Below the pieces are notes generated by a model. The model was not told where the DNA came from. It did not search any database and saw only the letters and a program-made list of their open reading frames with translations. 64,000 nt of DNA from Malacoraja senta (lineage: Eukaryota), in NCBI GenBank assembly GCA_038087875.1, contig CM075992.1:746001-810000 (forward strand), written 5' to 3'. Positions 62,501 to 64,000 of this stretch are shown here, piece by piece (within the stretch, counting starts at the first letter, position 1; each line of letters begins with the position of its first letter). Both the position numbers and the translations under genes were made by a program.

Positions 62501-64000
62501 CTGTACGGAGTTTGTACGTTCTTCCCACGACTGCGTGGGTTCTCTCTGAGATCTTTGGTTTCCCCCCACACTCCAAAGACGTCCAGGTTTGTAGGTTAAC
62601 TGGCTTGGCATAAATGTAAAAATTGTCCCCAGTGGGTGTAGGATGGGCGGGAATCATTGGTCGGTGGGGACTTGGTGGGCCGAAGGGCCAGTTTCCTTGC
62701 TGTATCTCTAAACTAAACTTAAAGCTAAACTAATGAGAAGGAAACCATACTCTGACATCAAAGACTAAGGGTATGCTGGAAAAAGGTCCTGGATTAGTAT
62801 CTGAAGGATACCTTCAAATAAAGAATGTCTTTGGTTTATCCCCAATATCTGAAAACAATCATGTCCATAAGATTAGGCCATTTGGCCCATCAAGTCTGCT
62901 CCACCATTCAATCATGGCTGATTAATTTTTTTCTCTCAACTCCATTCTCCTGCCTTCTTCCTCTAACCTCCAACCAGCATAATCACGGACCAGTCTCACC
63001 CCTGTCACTCCCTCTTCTCCCCTCTACAAGAAGTACAGAAGTTTGAAAACGCACACCTCCAGATTCAGGGACAGTTTCTTCTAAGCTGTTATCAGGCAAC
63101 TGAATCTTCCGATCACCGACTAGAGAGTGGTCCTGACTTCCCATCTACCTCATTGGAGACTCTTGGACTATCTTTAATCGGACTTTACTTTGCACTAAAC
63201 TTTATTCCCTTTATCCTGTATCAGTACACTGTGGACGGCTAGATTGTAATCATGAAAAGTCTTTTCACTGATTGGATAGCAGGCAACAAAAGACTTTCCC
63301 TGTACCTCGCTACACGTGACAATAAACTAATCTGAGCTACCCGCCTTTGTGTTTCAGGTGTGGCGGATGATGCTCGATCTCTGGACGGCCAGGAATCGGA
63401 GTGTGACGGTGTTAGTGGTATTAGCGGCACAGACTCCTCGCCGCGATGTACCTTCAACCGGCAGCCGGGCAAGTACCAGCGCTACGGTCTGGCCAAGACC
63501 CGTGCGGTCATCCCCCGGCCGTCTGCTCTGCCCATCATCACGGCCAACATGCCGGCCACGGTGGAGTGCCCGGAGACGGTGGGGGTGGACATGGTGCCGG
63601 GCGGCACGGACACGGAGAGACAGCCGAGGGCCAAGACCAGCGGCTCCAGCCGCAGCTCCTCGCCGGACGGCAGCAACACCCTGCGGCGGACGGGCGTTAA
63701 ACACAAGCGGTTTGAGTTGGCGGTGGGCGCAGCACGGCTGGTGTCCAAGCTGCAGGAACGGCGGAGGGCGGAGAGCATCGACCCTGCCGTGGGGCCGGCA
63801 ACTCCTGACGGTGGGCAGAGCCTGCCGGGGGACCTCGAAACCGAGCGCACTGCAGCACCAAACCACAACCTGCAAGGGAACCCCGAAACCGAACGCACCG
63901 CGCCACCAAATCACCAAACACAGGGGAGCCTGGAAACAGAACGCTCCGTGGCACCAAATCATGGCCTGCAGGAAAACCTCGAAACAGAGCGCACCGCCCC
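11436..64000 (+). CDS. GMIP: GEM-interacting protein gene span (N-terminal helical region, F-BAR, C1, RhoGAP); 3' end beyond the window
   Basis: 22 phase-consistent exons in the long form. GMIP-diagnostic motifs: RRFSEIFRELDAFEISFGN, ESRSLDSPMSSP, DDFEERD, LFGVDFAHAPRETADEVPF, FNRQPGKY, RFELAVGAARLVSKL. Confidence 0.9.
11668..12950. repeat. 13-bp minisatellite with 39-bp and about 40-bp higher-order units
   Basis: Units CAGTACTGGGGTA / TAATACTGGGGTA / CAGGACTGGGGTA. Confidence 0.95.
13434..14530. repeat. (CT)n/(CTGT) microsatellite, about 1.1 kb
   Basis: Continuous TC dinucleotide repeat interrupted by TG. Confidence 0.97.
14835..14915. repeat. Short C-rich tandem repeat (CCCCTGA/CCCCTCG)
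   Basis: Alternating 7-8 nt units. Confidence 0.75.
15395..15538 (+). CDS. GMIP: GMIP long-isoform N-terminal exon L2
   Basis: Acceptor ttctcttgcagcag|, donor G|gtaaga, 144 nt, phase 1-1. DVVVRHETVQERLAEMLLSLEFVIDHYPSLNPNNYLLETAALLVNMVH resembles ARHGAP45 HECLGEALRVMHQIISKYPLLNTVETLTAAGTLIAKVK. Confidence 0.82.
15690..16045 (+). mobile_element. CR1-type (HER1-like) LINE fragment
   Basis: [47 protein letters not shown]. Confidence 0.85.
16060..16765 (-). mobile_element. Penelope-like element fragment (GIY-YIG endonuclease, frameshifted)
   Basis: TFPCNRGRCNTCPYI...FTCTSSNLMYCIRCSRSGLLYIGGTKSRLGDHFAKH and VAQHFNSPSHSHTDLSILGLLHCQSEAQRKFEEQHLIFRLGSLHPSDMN. Confidence 0.9.
17101..17122 (+). CDS. 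GMIP: Candidate short alternative first coding exon of GMIP (MEVTEEN-G)
   Basis: Kozak ggcATGg and consensus donor G|gtaagt in phase 1, matching the exon at 40858; similar in size to the human GMIP start MDAAEP-G. Confidence 0.62.
17655..17920 (-). mobile_element. CR1-type (HER1-like) LINE 3' end
   Basis: RFNRNLRCNFFTQRVVGVWNKLPEEVVEARTIPTFKKHLDRYMDR plus tail. Confidence 0.85.
18467..18915. repeat. 66-bp tandem array (about 6.8 copies) derived from the Penelope tail
   Basis: Unit AGATGCTGCCTGACCCGCTGAGTTACTCCAGCACTCTGTGAAACGTCACCTATCCATGTTCTCCAC. Confidence 0.93.
22015..22298 (-). mobile_element. V-SINE (HE1-like)
   Basis: Head, V-domain and ctctaaactaaa tail in reverse orientation. Confidence 0.82.
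22724..23222 (+). mobile_element. V-SINE split by a nested fold-back Penelope-tail element (about 22897-23095)
   Basis: SINE sequence stops at caggtttgtag and resumes at caggtttatag after an inverted-repeat insert. Confidence 0.72.
23835..24135 (-). mobile_element. V-SINE (HE1-like)
   Basis: tRNA-like head, V-domain and tail in reverse orientation. Confidence 0.82.
25142..26980 (-). mobile_element. 5'-truncated CR1 LINE with reverse transcriptase (one in-frame stop)
   Basis: Same-frame ORFs 25815-26804 and 25242-25811 separated by TAG. Motifs YRPVSLTS, LDFQKAFDKV, GVPQGSVLGP, FADD; terminal (TTTCTATG)n repeat. Confidence 0.96.
27217..27457. repeat. 47-bp minisatellite, 5 copies
   Basis: Unit AAATGGTATGAAATTGCATTTGAATTTGGTGGCCTGCACTCTGCTTG. 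Confidence 0.92.
27737..28415 (-). mobile_element. Rex1/Babar-type LINE 3' fragment
   Basis: KARQRLYHLRQLRKFRVSPKILQCFYSAAVESILYGNITIWFGNCSAQDKKALQRVVRSAER...RLRRSFFPEAIR; tail gtgacaaataaacttgacttga. Confidence 0.82.
28480..29773 (+). mobile_element. CR1 LINE fragment with internal deletion of the RT core
   Basis: Degenerate 5' part jumps from KGEP to MQFNVDKC at about 28958; intact 246-aa C-terminal ORF 28959-29699; local duplication at 28851-28896. Confidence 0.92.
31023..31390 (+). mobile_element. Penelope-like element 3' end with hammerhead-like tail
   Basis: LGSLQLSGMNI...SNFK* followed by UTR and ctgaagaagggtctcgacccgaaacatc. Confidence 0.75.
33067..33094 (+). ncRNA. Minimal hammerhead ribozyme core in a Penelope tail
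   Basis: CTGAAGA-A-GGGT(CTCA)ACCC-GAAA-CGTC: CUGANGA box, stem II, GAAA, palindromic ACGT and a GUC site. Confidence 0.6.
33720..34012 (+). mobile_element. Full-length V-SINE (HE1-like)
   Basis: A/B-box head, V-domain and (CTAAA)n tail. Confidence 0.85.
34320..34640 (+). mobile_element. CR1-type LINE 3' fragment
   Basis: SLLPRVGESKSSGHRFKVRGVRFNRKLRGNYFTQRVMGVWNELPEE. Confidence 0.85.
36780..37228 (+). promoter_or_regulatory. Candidate internal GMIP promoter
   Basis: Non-repetitive and locally CpG-richer; GAGGAAGTG 36843-36851, AAAGAGGAAG on - 37090-37099, TGTGGT 37121-37126. Confidence 0.45.
37229..37364 (+). CDS. GMIP: Candidate third alternative first coding exon of GMIP
   Basis: ATG 37229 is open to two phase-1 donors: G|gtaaga (37274) and T|gtaagt (37364). 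Confidence 0.45.
37550..38172. repeat. (GT/GA)-rich compound microsatellite
   Basis: Variants of GTGTGAGTTT repeated over about 620 bp. Confidence 0.93.
38437..38505. repeat. (AG)n microsatellite
   Basis: Near-pure AG run. Confidence 0.95.
39625..40165 (-). mobile_element. CR1-type (HER1-like) LINE 3' fragment
   Basis: SLLSRVGESRTRVHRFKVKGKRLNRNPRGNLFTRRVVGVWNKL plus tail. Confidence 0.85.
40858..40951 (+). CDS. GMIP: GMIP first shared exon
   Basis: tacacag|...TC|gtgagt, phase 1-2. GLGAQDESNEKPRRFSEIFRELDAFEISFGN versus human GLPPGPEGRKRYSDIFRSLDNLEISLGN. Confidence 0.92.
41921..41996 (+). CDS. GMIP: GMIP exon
   Basis: atccag|...CTG|gtgagt, phase 2-0. TVDLFMTEAEGSITLPEQSPEDESL. Confidence 0.82.
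42664..42733 (+). CDS. GMIP: GMIP exon
   Basis: tttttccttcag|...CAG|gtatgc, phase 0-1. VNEDFFPGCHDHKMEERDEFQTS. Confidence 0.78.
44403..44528 (+). CDS. GMIP: GMIP exon, start of F-BAR
   Basis: Phase 1-1. AEEADAMLMKCVGGVESALQYTKHWTKYTKDLLLWMDKRICA. Confidence 0.92.
45736..45800 (+). CDS. GMIP: GMIP exon (F-BAR)
   Basis: Phase 1-0. EIEFSKSIMKMAETSKNLINQE. Confidence 0.92.
47270..47833 (+). mobile_element. CR1-type LINE 3' fragment ending just upstream of a GMIP acceptor
   Basis: [46 protein letters not shown], tail gactctatga. Confidence 0.87.
47867..47977 (+). CDS. GMIP: GMIP exon (F-BAR)
   Basis: Phase 0-0. KSMPFQYTYTMALQHDIQQGNKSINTMSLMQHNTYIQ. Confidence 0.92.
48177..48257 (+). CDS. GMIP: GMIP exon (F-BAR)
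   Basis: Phase 0-0. PLMKIKNELEKQRREFKEQWQRELRRM. Confidence 0.93.
48270..48592 (+). mobile_element. Full-length V-SINE (HE1-like)
   Basis: Head, V-domain and tail; begins about 12 nt after a GMIP donor. Confidence 0.85.
49365..49877 (-). mobile_element. CR1 LINE 3' fragment
   Basis: [52 protein letters not shown]. Confidence 0.88.
49971..50165 (+). CDS. GMIP: GMIP exon (F-BAR)
   Basis: Phase 0-0. NESLTALRKSKHMYFQRSEEFEKAKQQSAKAEED...LEKRKRSKDEAQMK. Confidence 0.93.
51798..51998. mobile_element. Fold-back Penelope-tail element with 14-bp flanking duplication
   Basis: Inverted arms joined at the hammerhead core; TTCTCTATATACAT at 51784-51797 and 51999-52012. Confidence 0.8.
52179..52316 (+). 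CDS. GMIP: GMIP exon (F-BAR)
   Basis: Phase 0-0. VHETEVHYKNCVYEANFRRNELEKIKVEIITQLRKLICSGDNILKV. Confidence 0.93.
52443..52470 (-). ncRNA. Minimal hammerhead ribozyme core in a fold-back Penelope-tail element (52341-52550)
   Basis: Minus strand reads CTGAAGAAGGGTCTCGACCCGAAACGTC. Confidence 0.6.
53037..53227 (+). CDS. GMIP: GMIP exon (end of F-BAR)
   Basis: Phase 0-2. VSMNMFRMKQEQMQEVPRSMHSLHENLKLYEPAQKYFEFIQNL...YEFEEFSTPSR. Confidence 0.92.
53945..54045 (+). CDS. GMIP: GMIP exon
   Basis: Phase 2-1. SSPTARRKSSGPHRSSASSGDFPNTPDEFDNKL versus human SSPLDIRKKLSGP. Confidence 0.85.
54708..54809 (+). CDS. GMIP: GMIP exon
   Basis: Phase 1-1. FHNTSGTKLGSSDSESTGASSESRSLDSPMSSP. Confidence 0.92.
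54913..55326 (+). mobile_element. V-SINE with an insertion of about 90 bp in its tRNA-like head
   Basis: Head interrupted at gagaccc (about 54967) and resuming at tgggttcgatcc (about 55061). Confidence 0.75.
55544..55947 (+). mobile_element. Penelope-like element 3' end
   Basis: SVLGLLHCQREAARKLEEQHF..., UTR and a degenerate hammerhead tail. Confidence 0.75.
56025..56117 (+). CDS. GMIP: GMIP exon
   Basis: Phase 1-1. ANFGRKLQKPTMSGMSPDDFEERDGNQLQDN. Confidence 0.92.
56220..56790 (+). mobile_element. CR1-type LINE 3' fragment
   Basis: [42 protein letters not shown]. Confidence 0.88.
56993..57156 (+). CDS. GMIP: GMIP exon (C1 domain, first part)
   Basis: Phase 1-0. LSKAAQTHRFRKLRAPTKCRECDSLIVVNGAECEE. 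Confidence 0.95.
57697..57885 (+). CDS. GMIP: GMIP exon (C1 end, RhoGAP start)
   Basis: Phase 0-0. CYLACHRKCLESIAILCGHRKLQTRIALFGVDF...VPFIVRNCTAEIERRALSVQ. Confidence 0.95.
57998..58135 (+). CDS. GMIP: GMIP exon (RhoGAP, arginine finger)
   Basis: Phase 0-0. GIYRMNGSKIRIAKLRQSFENGRDLTDMSENSPHDITNLLTLYLRE. Confidence 0.95.
58525..58820 (-). mobile_element. V-SINE (HE1-like)
   Basis: Head, V-domain and tail in reverse orientation. Confidence 0.82.
59664..59884 (+). CDS. GMIP: GMIP exon (RhoGAP)
   Basis: Phase 0-2. LPEPIVLFRLYDDLMKFAKEL...LLHNLPASHYNTLEHIIRHLHR. Confidence 0.95.
60500..60990 (-). mobile_element. CR1 LINE 3' fragment
   Basis: [39 protein letters not shown], with a (TTTCTATG)n end. 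Confidence 0.87.
61271..61568 (+). CDS. GMIP: GMIP exon (RhoGAP end)
   Basis: Phase 2-0. VAERCEENKMSSNNLGIIFGPTLIRP...GYQAQVVDFLIMQSNHMF. Confidence 0.93.
62019..62139 (+). CDS. GMIP: GMIP exon
   Basis: tactgcag|...T|gtaagt, phase 0-1. SLVLKRHSSEGYVSDKSSSNEALDD. Confidence 0.85.
63358..64000 (+). CDS. GMIP: GMIP probable last coding exon (open to the window end)
   Basis: gtttcag| phase 1. PRCTFNRQPGKYQR and SSPDGSNTLRRTGVKHKRFELAVGAARLVSKL versus human SRGHFSRQPVKYPR and SPEGSPLRRTPLPKHFEITQETARLLSKL. Confidence 0.9.
   Translation, partial: MWRMMLDLWTARNRSVTVLVVLAAQTPRRDVPSTGSRASTSATVWPRPVRSSPGRLLCPSSRPTCRPRWSARRRWGWTWCRAARTRRDSRGPRPAAPAAAPRRTAATPCGGRALNTSGLSWRWAQHGWCPSCRNGGGRRASTLPWGRQLLTVGRACRGTSKPSALQHQTTTCKGTPKPNAPRHQITKHRGAWKQNAPWHQIMACRKTSKQSAPP
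63822..64000 (+). repeat. Coding 48-bp (16-aa) tandem repeat
   Basis: LPGDLETERTAAPNHN / LQGNPETERTAPPNHQ / TQGSLETERSVAPNHG / LQENLETERTA... Confidence 0.88.

Noticed and set aside
63354..63962. Minus-strand ORFs of 138-202 aa
   Set aside because: Antisense shadows of the GC-rich last GMIP exon.
40858..64000. Calling the RhoGAP gene ARHGAP45 or ARHGAP29
   Set aside because: Motifs RRFSEIFRELD, EFKEQW, FNRQPGKY and ARLVSKL match recalled GMIP better; a phylogeny is still needed to confirm.

Overview
Repeat-rich vertebrate genomic DNA, most likely a cartilaginous fish (skate/ray/shark), judged from V-SINE/HE1-like SINEs, CR1 LINEs and Penelope-like elements. Three spliced genes can be read from the sequence. 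(1) The last three or four exons of a GFI1-family C2H2 zinc-finger gene on + (627-2892), with conserved fingers 3-6 but strongly diverged fingers 1-2. (2) TRAPPC5 on - (single coding exon 7127-7699, non-coding first exon and CpG-rich promoter at about 9546-9680). (3) A large GMIP gene (F-BAR, C1, RhoGAP) on + from about 11436 to beyond the window end, with phase-consistent GT-AG exons. Main points of interest: the GFI gene may be a third GFI1 ohnolog on the human-chr19-like linkage group; this GMIP keeps an ARHGAP29/ARHGAP45-type N-terminal helical region that mammalian GMIP lacks, alongside two candidate internal first exons; its RhoGAP domain has Thr at a normally conserved Lys; and many short Penelope-tail elements carry minimal hammerhead-ribozyme cores, fold-back structure and 12-14 bp flanking duplications. 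All homology calls are from recalled protein sequences; no database search was run.
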